Shown: positions 38,660 to 47,032 of the stretch, piece after piece | Position numbering within the stretch: the stretch's first letter is position 1 | How the letters are laid out: each line of letters starts with the position of its first letter | NCBI GenBank assembly: GCA_965209055.1 | Contig: OZ242374.1 | Location: 3,232,001 to 3,296,000 of the forward strand | Source of the DNA: Acidobacteriota bacterium | GTDB taxonomy: Bacteria > Acidobacteriota > UBA6911 > RPQK01 > JAJDTT01 | DNA length: 64,000 nt | Reading direction: 5' to 3' | Notes under the pieces: model-generated | What the model saw: only the letters and a program-made list of their open reading frames with translations | Databases searched by the model: none | Told to the model about the DNA's origin: nothing | Translations under genes and position numbers: made by a program

Positions 38660-39209
38660 TGATGAGTTGTTTCGTCATGGCGAACCCACGCCAGACGACG
38701 CGGAAGCGTTGCTGACACAGTATCGATTGTTCGTCGAGACGTCTGAAGCGCTTTCCGCGCGGCGTCAAGGTGTAAACACGTTCTTCCTCTCCGTAAATTC
38801 CATTGTTCTTGCAGCCGCCGGTTTGCTCCTACGCGATGAGAAATTCAGCGACCTGGAGGCCATCGCGCTGATCTGTCTGAGTTTCGGCGGCGCTGTGCTG
38901 AGTTTCGTCTGGTGGCGATTAATTTCTTCCTTCCAACAACTGAGCAAAGGCAAATTCGCCGTGATTCACGCGCTAGAACGGCGATTGCCTGCTCGAATAT
39001 TCGCTGCGGAGTGGGTTGCCCTCGGGTGCGGAAAGGATCCGAAGAAGTACAGGCCATTCACCGTAACAGAAAAGACAAAGAAACCGATTCTTGGCGTAAA
39101 CCCATGGGGGCAACAGAGAGTCTCACGCATCGTGGCGAGTGCTGCGGACAGGTTGGTCGGTTGGCAGAGGAAGAGTGTCGTTGGCGGGATCTGGAAACTT
39201 TACCGGTGA
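38637..39209 (+). CDS. Small TM protein (RipA/8xMP-like) fused to the C-terminal tail of a second TIR domain
   Basis: LLTQYRLFVETSEALSARRQGVNTFFLSVNS, two TM helices, W..LISSFQQLSKGKFAVIHALERRLP...EW..LG.GKDPKKYRPFT, then KPILGVNPWGQQRVSRIVASAADRLVGWQRKSVVGGI. Confidence 0.75.
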   Translation: MNNDKSVDDELFRHGEPTPDDAEALLTQYRLFVETSEALSARRQGVNTFFLSVNSIVLAAAGLLLRDEKFSDLEAIALICLSFGGAVLSFVWWRLISSFQQLSKGKFAVIHALERRLPARIFAAEWVALGCGKDPKKYRPFTVTEKTKKPILGVNPWGQQRVSRIVASAADRLVGWQRKSVVGGIWKLYR

Positions 39210-39366
39210 TGAATGTCAATTGAACGCTGACCGGACTATTCCCATAATTCTGGAGGTTCAGGAGAACCGGGGAAGCAGATCTGAACGAGCATCGCGACGA
39301 AGCGGTCCATTCCCGCCGGCATGGCTGGACATCAGCTGCTTGATTCCCTCCGAAATGGCATAGACA

Positions 39367-41162
39367 TGGTTAGACCGACCCCGTCCCAGACTGACGCCAG
39401 CGGCCGGCCCCGAACCGGGCGGCCGGTAATCTACGGCACGCAGGGAGTGATCTCCAGCGGCCACTACCTGACCTCCATGGCCGGGATGGGCATGCTGCTG
39501 GGGGGCGGCAACGCCTTCGACGCCCTGGTGGCGGCCGGTTTTGCGGCCGCCGTGACGGAACCGATCGCGTCGTACTCGCTTGCGGCCGAGTCGGTCTTCA
39601 TGCTCTACGACGCCGAGAGCGGCGACCTCCTGTCACTGAGCGGCCAGGGTACTGCGCCCCGGCAGGCAACGTTGGAGTTCTACCGGAACCAGGGGCTGAA
39701 GGAGATCCCCACCGGTCCCGGACCTCTGGCTCATCTCTCCTTCACGGTTCCGGGGGCTGTGGACGGATATCTGTCGCTCCTGGAACGCTACGGGAACCTC
39801 CCGCTTTCCCAGGTCCTGGAGCCGGCCATTCACCTGGCTCAGGCCGGGTTTCCTCATTACGAGTACATGATCGACGCTCTCGACAACCAGGCCACCCGGG
39901 ACCAGTTCAACCACTACCCGCCCGGCGGCAACGAGATCTTCTTCCAGGACGGGAAGCTTCCCCGGCCGGGGTCGATCCTGGTTCAACCCGGCCTGGCGCG
40001 AACCTTGTGGCGGCTGGCCGCCGGCGACGCGGGGGGATCAAGGGATCGGATCGAGGGGATCCGGGCCGCCCGGCGAGACTTCTACCAGGGAGGCCTCGCA
40101 CGCACCCTGGTGGAATGCGCCCGCAGTGTCGGGGGGATTCTCAGCGCCGAGGACCTGGCGGGCTACCGGGCCCAGTTCGAGGAGCCGGCGCGCACCCGTT
40201 ACCGCGGCTACGAGATCTGCTGCCAGAGGACCTGGTCCCAGGCCCCGGTTCTGCTGCAGACCCTGAACCTGTTGGAACACTTCGACCTCCGGGCCATGGG
40301 CCACAACTCCCCGGCGTACGTCCACACCGTGGTGGAGGCTCTGAAGCTGGCCATCGCCGACCGGGAAGCGTTCTACGGCGACCCCGATTTCGCCCGGGTG
40401 CCCCTTGACGGACTCCTCTCCAAGGAATACGCGGACGAGCGGGTCCGGCACCTCGACCCCGGCAAGGCGCATCCCGACACACCGCCGCCCGGCAATCCCT
40501 GGAAACACTCCCGGGAACCCCTGGAACGTCCCGCTCCGGAGGCTCCGCCACCGTCCGACCTCCCGGGTCCCACCTACGCGGATCAGGGGACGACCCACAT
40601 CGCCGTGGTGGACCATCACGGCAACCTGGTGTGCGCCACACCCAGCGGCGCGTCCTTTGCCAAGGCGGTCTTCTTCCCCGAGATCGGCTGTGCCCTGAGC
40701 ACCCGCAGCGAGATGTTCTTCCTGAAGCCGGACCACCCCAATGGCCTGGAGCCGGGGAAGCGGCCGCGGACCACGCTGGTGGGCTACCTGGTGGTGAAGG
40801 ACGGGCAACCGGTCATGACCGTGGGCTGCCCCGGCGGCGACCAGCAAGCCCAGGCCAACCTCCAGTTGCTGCTCAACGTGCTGGTCTTCGGAATGAACAT
40901 CCAGGAAGCCATCGAGGCCCCCCGCTTCGGGAGCGACAGCTTCCGGAACTCCTTCTACCCGCACGTCTACTTCCCGGGGCAGCTCTCCCTGGAGGAGGCC
41001 TTTCCCGAGTCGACCGGGCGGGAGCTGGGGAGACTGGGCCACAAGGTGGTGCCGGCCCTGGTGTGCGGCATGGGAGCCACCATCACCTGGCGCGATCCGT
41101 CTACCGGGACCCTTGCCACCGGCGCCGATCCCCGCCGCTCCTGCTACGCCTTGGGTTGGTGA
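39367..41162 (+). CDS. ggt: Gamma-glutamyltransferase family protein
   Basis: GGNAFDA, TVPGAVDG, EALKLAIADR, GTTHIAVVD (catalytic Thr), PGKRPRTTL, GADPRR; start uncertain (39321-39367). Confidence 0.9.
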
Positions 41163-41400
41163 TGGGAGCGGCGGTTGTCCTACCGCCGATTCTTCGTTGC
41201 GCCGAAGGCCGGGAAACCCCCTCTCTCCCATTCGTATTTACTGTCTGTAGCAAATTTATATCTATCCATAGTAAAAATGGCGTCCAATTCCGCTATGGAT
41301 CGCGAGAGGTCTACATCCTTCTCCCAGGAAGAACGGGTTCGTGGTCGGCAGGGGTCCGGGACGGACTTGATTTCAAAGATCCGTTCGAGAGGATGGACTC

Positions 41401-42372
41401 ATGAAGAAGCCCGCCGGCGAGCAGGCCGCCAAGGGACATGGCAGGAGTATCGAGCACTTGGCGGACGGAGCCGTCGACGAAGGCCGCTACGAAAAGGGGA
41501 AGAGGCACGGGAAATGGGTGCTGCGGAGTGCGAACGGGGATATTGAAGAAGGCCCATATGTGGAGGGAAAACGGCACGGGCAGTGGGTTGAACACCACGC
41601 GAACGGGGAGGTCCACGAAGGCCCCTATGTCGACGGTGAGCTGCACGGGCCGTGGGTCCTGCGCTTAACCGACGGCACCGTCGGCCATGGCACCTTTGTG
41701 GAAGGGAGCGAGCCTGGACAATGGGTTTTTCGCGCCGCGGACGGCGCTGTTTGCAAAGGTCCCATAGTAGAGGGCAAGCAGCACGGACAGTGGGTGCTGC
41801 GTCATGCGAATGGGGATGTCGACGAAGGTCCCTTCGTAGAGGGGAAGCCGCATGGACATTGGGTGCTGCGCCATGCGAACGGGGATGTCCACGAAGGCCC
41901 CTACGTAGACGGGAATCCCCACGGACAGTGGATTCGACGTCAGGCCGACGGGGATGTCTACGAAGGCCCCATGGTGGAGGGGAAGGAACATGGACGGTGG
42001 GTTGTACGTTTTGCGAACGGGGATATCCACGAAGGTCCCTTTGTGGAGGGGACGCCCCACGGAAAGTGGGTTATTCGTCCGGCGGACGGATCCGTCCACG
42101 AAGGTCCCATGGTGCAGGGGGAACTGCACGGACAGTGGATTGCCCGCCTTAAGGATGGGGACGTCTACAAGGTCCGCTTCGAGGAGGGAAGGCAGCGCGG
42201 AGATCCGGTTCCTCAAGGCGGCGAAAAGGCCGGCGCCAAGGTCATCAACTGGGCGGTCGAGAGGCCCTTCACCTTCGGTTTGGCCTTGGTGGCAATTTGG
42301 AAACTTGGGCCGCCTGTATTGGCTGTCATCCTCTTATTGGTCCTCGTTTTCCTGCTGAATTTGAGCTCCTGA
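41401..42372 (+). CDS. MORN-like repeat protein with C-terminal membrane anchor
   Basis: About 11 tandem 23-aa repeats like HGQWVLRHANGDVHEGPYVEGKx; hydrophobic C-terminus. Confidence 0.85.
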   Translation: MKKPAGEQAAKGHGRSIEHLADGAVDEGRYEKGKRHGKWVLRSANGDIEEGPYVEGKRHGQWVEHHANGEVHEGPYVDGELHGPWVLRLTDGTVGHGTFVEGSEPGQWVFRAADGAVCKGPIVEGKQHGQWVLRHANGDVDEGPFVEGKPHGHWVLRHANGDVHEGPYVDGNPHGQWIRRQADGDVYEGPMVEGKEHGRWVVRFANGDIHEGPFVEGTPHGKWVIRPADGSVHEGPMVQGELHGQWIARLKDGDVYKVRFEEGRQRGDPVPQGGEKAGAKVINWAVERPFTFGLALVAIWKLGPPVLAVILLLVLVFLLNLSS

Positions 42373-42427
42373 TGAGGGGCTGTATCTCTCACCTGATTAG
42401 GTTCCGCACGTGAAGCGAGGTGCGGCG

Positions 42428-43786
42428 ATGCCGAGAAGAATTGCCATTGTCGGTGCCGGAGTCTCGGGGCTCGGGACGGCCTGGGCGCTGCATAAACACC
42501 CCGATCGATTCGATTTCCGGGTATTCGAGGCACAGACGTCTGTCGGCGGCAATGCCATCACCGTCGACATGCCGCAAACCGATGGCACCACGATTCCGTT
42601 CGATATCTCCGTCACCGCCTGCATACCCTCGGTCTACCCCCATCTTCTCCTCTTCCTGCGGCAGCACGGTATCGACCTGGTCGATACCAGGTTCAGCTAC
42701 AGCGTGAAGTATCGCGGCGGCGTCTACGCCCACGACTTCGACTCCGACATCCGGAGGGAGTTGCATCCGGAAATCAAGAAGTTCCAGAGACTCCTGAGGC
42801 GCCTCAAGTGGTTCGGCCGGCTCAACCGGTCCCGGTCAAGGCTGCTCAATGCGCTCAACCCGTTCAACTACGTCAGCATGGGCGCGGTGCTCAACCTGGG
42901 CGGGTTCTCCGGAGGTTTCCGCTACAAGGTCCTGAAGCCCATGTTCGTCAACTTCCTGATGGCCACCAACGTTTTCGACATGCCGGCATCCCTGTTTTGC
43001 AGGTATCTGGAGTTCTTCGACATTGAAACCGAAACGCCCATGCGGACCTGGGACCAGGGCACCCGGCGCATCTACGAAGCAATGTCGGCGGGCTTTCGGG
43101 ACAAGATCTATCTCGGCCGGCCGGTTCGAAAAGTGTACCGGCGTTCATCCGAAGTCGTGGTAGAGGACGAACAAGGAAGGACTGAGACGTTTGACGAGGT
43201 GGTGTTTGCCTGCAACGCGAATCAGACGTTGATGATGCTGGACGAACCGACCTTCCTGGAGAGCTGTCTCCTCTCTTCGATTCGTTACGAGAGTGAGCTG
43301 CACAACCATACGGTCGTTCATTCAGACGCTTCCGTTCTTCCGGACAACGAGGTCAAGCCGCTCGCCACCCGGAGCAACCACATCGAGCAGTACGGCGCGA
43401 GACCCGACAACTACGAAATCACCTACATCATGCACAATCAGCAGCCGTGGGCGAACCGGTCGGACCGGCCGTGCCTGGTGACCTACAATCCCATCAGCCG
43501 TATCGACGAGGGCAAGATCCTCAAGAAGTGGTGGTTTCAGCACATCGTTCACGATGTGCATCACGTGGCCTTCCTGATCCATCTGTTCCGGTTTGTCCAG
43601 GGCAAGAGGCGAACCTGGCACTGCGGCGCCCACACGTTGATCAACAGTCAGGAGACCTGTTTCGTATCCGGCCTGGTTACGGCGAGACAGATGGGAGCGG
43701 ACTACCCGTTTCAGGACGCCGAAGCCAGGAAATGGTTCAACTTCTACGGCCGGACCATGTACGGCTGGCGCTTCAAAAAGGCGTGA
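42428..43786 (+). CDS. FAD-dependent oxidoreductase (amine oxidase / COG2907-like)
   Basis: IAIVGAGVSGL, FEA...GGNA.T, FDEVVFAC, VHSDAS, VTYNP, QGKRRTWHCGA. Confidence 0.85.
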   Translation: MPRRIAIVGAGVSGLGTAWALHKHPDRFDFRVFEAQTSVGGNAITVDMPQTDGTTIPFDISVTACIPSVYPHLLLFLRQHGIDLVDTRFSYSVKYRGGVYAHDFDSDIRRELHPEIKKFQRLLRRLKWFGRLNRSRSRLLNALNPFNYVSMGAVLNLGGFSGGFRYKVLKPMFVNFLMATNVFDMPASLFCRYLEFFDIETETPMRTWDQGTRRIYEAMSAGFRDKIYLGRPVRKVYRRSSEVVVEDEQGRTETFDEVVFACNANQTLMMLDEPTFLESCLLSSIRYESELHNHTVVHSDASVLPDNEVKPLATRSNHIEQYGARPDNYEITYIMHNQQPWANRSDRPCLVTYNPISRIDEGKILKKWWFQHIVHDVHHVAFLIHLFRFVQGKRRTWHCGAHTLINSQETCFVSGLVTARQMGADYPFQDAEARKWFNFYGRTMYGWRFKKA

Positions 43787-43793
43787 GCGGAGC

Positions 43794-43845
43794 GGAGCGG
43801 CGGTCTCTGGCCGCCGACTGGGAACGGCGGTTTCCAGCCGCCGGT
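43794..43845 (+). repeat. Two REP-like hairpins (GGAGCGGCGGTCTCTGGCCGCC; GGAACGGCGGTTTCCAGCCGCC)
   Basis: Stem-loops after the stop codon; relatives at 41165-41189 and 47850-47908. Confidence 0.7.
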
Positions 43846-43909
43846 TCTTACGATCCCGGGCCGCCGGAAATCCCACCAACTCAGGCCGTATCGGCCTTCC
43901 GGCGAATCC

Positions 43910-43948
43910 GAAGTAGAAGGGGACAGTCACCTTCTACTGTGCGGCGTG
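43910..43948 (+). repeat. Palindromic site, family B (GAAGTAGAAGGGGACAGTCACCTTCTACTGTGCGGCGTG)
   Basis: Near-identical direct copy at 46964-47002. Confidence 0.8.
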
Positions 43949-44101
43949 CTGTACTGGATCCTGATCCCGGCCTTGCTCCCAGGTTCCGGCGCCCGCCGGT
44001 CCCAGGTCACCGATCAGTTGACAGGGCAATGGTCTTTTTCTTAGTTTGTACTACAAACTGGTTTGCACCTTAATTTCGGCCCGAAGAGAAAGGACGTCGC
44101 C

Positions 44102-44839
44102 ATGAAAACTGCGGACCCCGACGAACAGTTTCCCAGCAACTCGATCAAAGAGATTCCCAAGTGGACTCGTCGCTACGTTCAGAATCGGACTGTCCCCTTC
44201 TTGCTCACCCTGTCCCTGTTTCTGGTTTGGAGCTATTTGGCCGGCACAGGGTCGAAGCTTGCCAGGGAGGCGTTTAGAGCGGGAAACATGACCGAATTCT
44301 ATTTTGCGATGACAGTTGTCGTCGCGATGGTTGCTCTGCTCGTCTGGTCCTTCGTGCCAGGGTGGGGCTGGGGGTGGATGAAGAGGCTCACCAATAGAAT
44401 CCAAAAGGAGAGTGGCGATGCGGCCCTTCCGGTCCCGGCAGACCAGAAGAACCCCAACTGGCGCCGACAGCTGCTACCCGGCGTCTTCATGTTGGGAGTT
44501 CCGATCTCGGTGGTGCTGACACGAATGGGCTACCTTCCGCATGAGTATGTGCAGCCGGTATCGGCTCTCTATGCCGTGCCATTCCTGATCGCCACCTTCA
44601 TTACGATGCGCTCGATCATGAGTCCGGTTTACCTCCTGTGGCCGATTCTCTACGGAACGCACGCCATCCTGGTGGTGGCAGGAGCCCCGATACAGTTCGA
44701 AGGGCAATGGGAATCTCTGAATATGCTGATTCCGACTATTGGATACGGCCTCCTGACCGGAGTGGTGGGATTTCTATTCGGCCAGTACTCTCTGACGAGG
44801 TTGCGGGATATCGCATCCGGAGGAGTGGCGAAACCATGA
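44102..44839 (+). CDS. Hypothetical multi-pass membrane protein
   Basis: AAGGA RBS, about six TM segments, ATGA overlap with the downstream regulator. Confidence 0.75.
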   Translation: MKTADPDEQFPSNSIKEIPKWTRRYVQNRTVPFLLTLSLFLVWSYLAGTGSKLAREAFRAGNMTEFYFAMTVVVAMVALLVWSFVPGWGWGWMKRLTNRIQKESGDAALPVPADQKNPNWRRQLLPGVFMLGVPISVVLTRMGYLPHEYVQPVSALYAVPFLIATFITMRSIMSPVYLLWPILYGTHAILVVAGAPIQFEGQWESLNMLIPTIGYGLLTGVVGFLFGQYSLTRLRDIASGGVAKP

Positions 44840-45144
44840 CGAGCGGGCTCGACCGGGTTGTCCACGAGCCGGCCCGGCTCCGCATCCTGATGCTGCTATC
44901 TGCGGTCGAGGAGACCGATTTCAAGTTCTTGCAATCGACTCTGGGCCTGACCAACGGCAACCTGTCGTCTCACATGAATCGCTTGGAAAAGGCTGGTTAC
45001 GTGAAGATTCTGAAGGGGTTTGTCGGAAAGGTAACCCAGACGCGGTACCACCTGACCAGAGCGGGGAAACGGGCTCTCGACAGCTACTGGAAGCAGATTG
45101 ACGAGATTCGCTCACTCTCAGTTCAAGTGAGTGGATCGCTGTGA
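44836..45144 (+). CDS. Winged-helix transcriptional regulator (MarR/ArsR-like)
   Basis: LDRVVHEPARLRILMLL...DFKFLQSTLGLTNGNLSSHMNRLEKAGYV. Confidence 0.9.
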   Translation: MTSGLDRVVHEPARLRILMLLSAVEETDFKFLQSTLGLTNGNLSSHMNRLEKAGYVKILKGFVGKVTQTRYHLTRAGKRALDSYWKQIDEIRSLSVQVSGSL

Positions 45145-45332
45145 TTCGGCCAGAAGCAATCCCTCTGCATCACTGAATACTGTAGAAGATCAACCGAATT
45201 GGACGCTGGCGACTTCATCTTCACGACGTTGCCCGGTGTGCCGGTTCGCCGTTGATCTACCGGGAAATGCTGGAGACGCCGATAAATTGAGAGAGTCCAT
45301 CGGTTTCCCGGAGGAACATCACAAGTAGGGAC

Positions 45333-45575
45333 ATGATCTGGAACCTGATTCCCATTGGAGCCTTCCTTTGCTTGGCCGTCGTCATCCGAGGCCAGATCCG
45401 GCGCCAGAAACAGATGGAGTTGGGCTTGGGCGTCAGAATCACCAGCCTGGAGACGCAGGTCGGAGATCTACAGGATCGCGTCAACCGGATCGAGGACACG
45501 TCGTCCGTTTCCAAGGAGTCCTTCGGAAGAAACGTTCCCGATCTCCCTGCAATTCCTGAAGACGTCGTATCGTAG
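45333..45575 (+). CDS. Small hypothetical protein (TM plus coiled coil)
   Basis: Hydrophobic N-terminus followed by ITSLETQVGDLQDRVNRIE. Confidence 0.5.
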   Translation: MIWNLIPIGAFLCLAVVIRGQIRRQKQMELGLGVRITSLETQVGDLQDRVNRIEDTSSVSKESFGRNVPDLPAIPEDVVS

Positions 45576-45606
45576 CCGTCAGCGATCCACGAATTCGCCG
45601 CCAGGG

Positions 45607-45855
45607 GAGCGGACGCCCAATCGACTCCCACAAACCACTGACTTGGTTTCATCTCGACCTCCGAGTGCCTAAAATGGGTTTGGGCCGCCGCGATCCGGGC
45701 CGAATCCTGTACTGGCATTCGTGGATGCAAACTTCCCACGGGGCCTCCATCGCGGCAACCGGCCGGGGCACGGGTCCGCTCCAGGTGGCCTGAAGGCACT
45801 GCGGTTTTTTGGTAGCTCCCGGCCGGTTGGCCCTCTTCACCCACTATGGGTGAAG
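45607..45855 (-). mobile_element. IS110-family remnant: about 200-bp non-coding end plus first about 15 codons of the transposase
   Basis: GGAGG RBS, ATG 45652 MKPSQWFVGVDWASA (IS110 N-terminal FVGxDW motif), then loss of similarity; structured upstream region. Confidence 0.55.
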
Positions 45856-45883
45856 TCCCTTAAAGGTTACTCGGGAAGGGTAC

Positions 45884-45987
45884 AGGCGGTTTCCTAACCG
45901 CCGAACTGGAGCGGCGATTTCCAATCGCCGAACTCCTGACTGAAAAACTTGGCGACGAAGACTGGGCGATTGGAAATCGCCCCCCCT
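45884..45987. repeat. Single REP/BIME-like unit related to the 80-bp array
   Basis: GGCGGTTTCCTAACCGCCGAAC, GGAGCGGCGATTTCCAATCGCC, TTGGCGACGAAGACTGGGCGATTGGAAATCGCCC. Confidence 0.85.
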
Positions 45988-46129
45988 TTTTCTTAGAGGG
46001 GGCGTGACGATCACGCATGATTTTCGCCCTCAGCGCGTGCTCGCGACCGATAGAGCAGCGGTAACTACGTTTGAGCGGGTATGTGCGTGCTGAGGGGGAG
46101 AAGCCCAGCGAGCGCGCTCCCAGCACAGT

Positions 46130-46355
46130 CCGTCATGGAGAAATCTTTGCCAGAGCATCATGACCCCAAGAACTCCAGCAACGACAGCCGGCAGAAAATC
46201 AAAGGTATAGGCTGCGTAAGGGATCAGCGTCGGGACGGGCGTAACGAATCCATTGGCGATATTGGCATTGAAACCGAACGTGCGGCGATGCGTATAGGAC
46301 CCGTCGATCAGGGAATAGGTTGCCCAGACATCGGCCCTGCGGGTCGGGGACCAAA
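46130..46355 (-). pseudogene. Diverged internal fragment of a homologue of the 47033-47767 gene
   Basis: VWSPTRRADVWATYSLIDGSYTHRRTFGFNANIANGFVTPVPTLIPYAAYTFDFLPAVVAGVLGVMMLWQ aligns without gaps to the intact gene; both ends missing. Confidence 0.85.
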
Positions 46356-46405
46356 CCCCTCTCCACGGCTCCTTGGTGGACCGGAACTCGCCCGCCGCCT
46401 CGTCG

Positions 46406-46831
46406 CTATTGGCCCAGCCACCGCCGCTTGCGAGCCAGAGCACGTCGTTTGCAAGACCAGATCAAGTCAACAACGTCGAGAGCTTCAATGTCTGAATCAA
46501 ACCGCACGGTTTCGTTTCCCTTGATGCGGACCGTATACCGTCTCCCTGCTCTGTCACGGAACAAATAACCGAAATCGACAAGATGGCGTCGTAACGAGAC
46601 CCGGTCCAAGGACGCGTCCAGGCCGATTGAGGCAACCCACTCTCGAAGCGAACCGTTCAATTCTCGTTCTGAGTACGGGCTCCTGCTCTCAAGCGTTTGA
46701 GCGATGGCGCGAAACAAGATGTGACGATCACGCTGCTTCCGTGGCAGCATCATCAAACGCCCGCCACATATGGCGGATAGCCTCGCCTCGAATTCGCGTC
46801 GATCGACTGGGTGCTGCTCTCCATTCCCCAT
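46406..46831 (-). CDS. DUF2087-like protein
   Basis: LPRKQRDRHILF...YSERELN..L...DRVSLRRHLVDFGYLFRDRAGRRY. Confidence 0.8.
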   Translation of the reverse strand: MGNGEQHPVDRREFEARLSAICGGRLMMLPRKQRDRHILFRAIAQTLESRSPYSERELNGSLREWVASIGLDASLDRVSLRRHLVDFGYLFRDRAGRRYTVRIKGNETVRFDSDIEALDVVDLIWSCKRRALARKRRWLGQ

Positions 46832-46866
46832 AGTTCGTGCTGGCCGACGAATATGAACGAGATCTG

Positions 46867-47002
46867 GTAGAAGGGGACTGTCACCTTCTCCTGAGGCCGG
46901 AAGTATGAGGCCGGAAGTAGAAGGGGACTGTCACCTTCTCCTGAGGCCGGAAGTATGAGGCCGGAAGTAGAAGGGGACAGTCACCTTTTCTTGTGCGGCG
47001 TG
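46867..47002 (+). repeat. Three family B palindromic sites at 50-bp period
   Basis: GTAGAAGGGGAC(T/A)GTCACCTT at 46867, 46917, 46967, joined by CTGAGGCCGGAAGTATGAGGCCGGAA. Confidence 0.9.
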
Positions 47003-47032
47003 TCAATGGCCATTGAATTGCACACCGGGATT

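Noticed and set aside
46867-47002. Mini-CRISPR or classical integron attC array
   Set aside because: Spacers are identical, no clear RYYYAAC/GTTRRRY core sites were seen and no intI is present.
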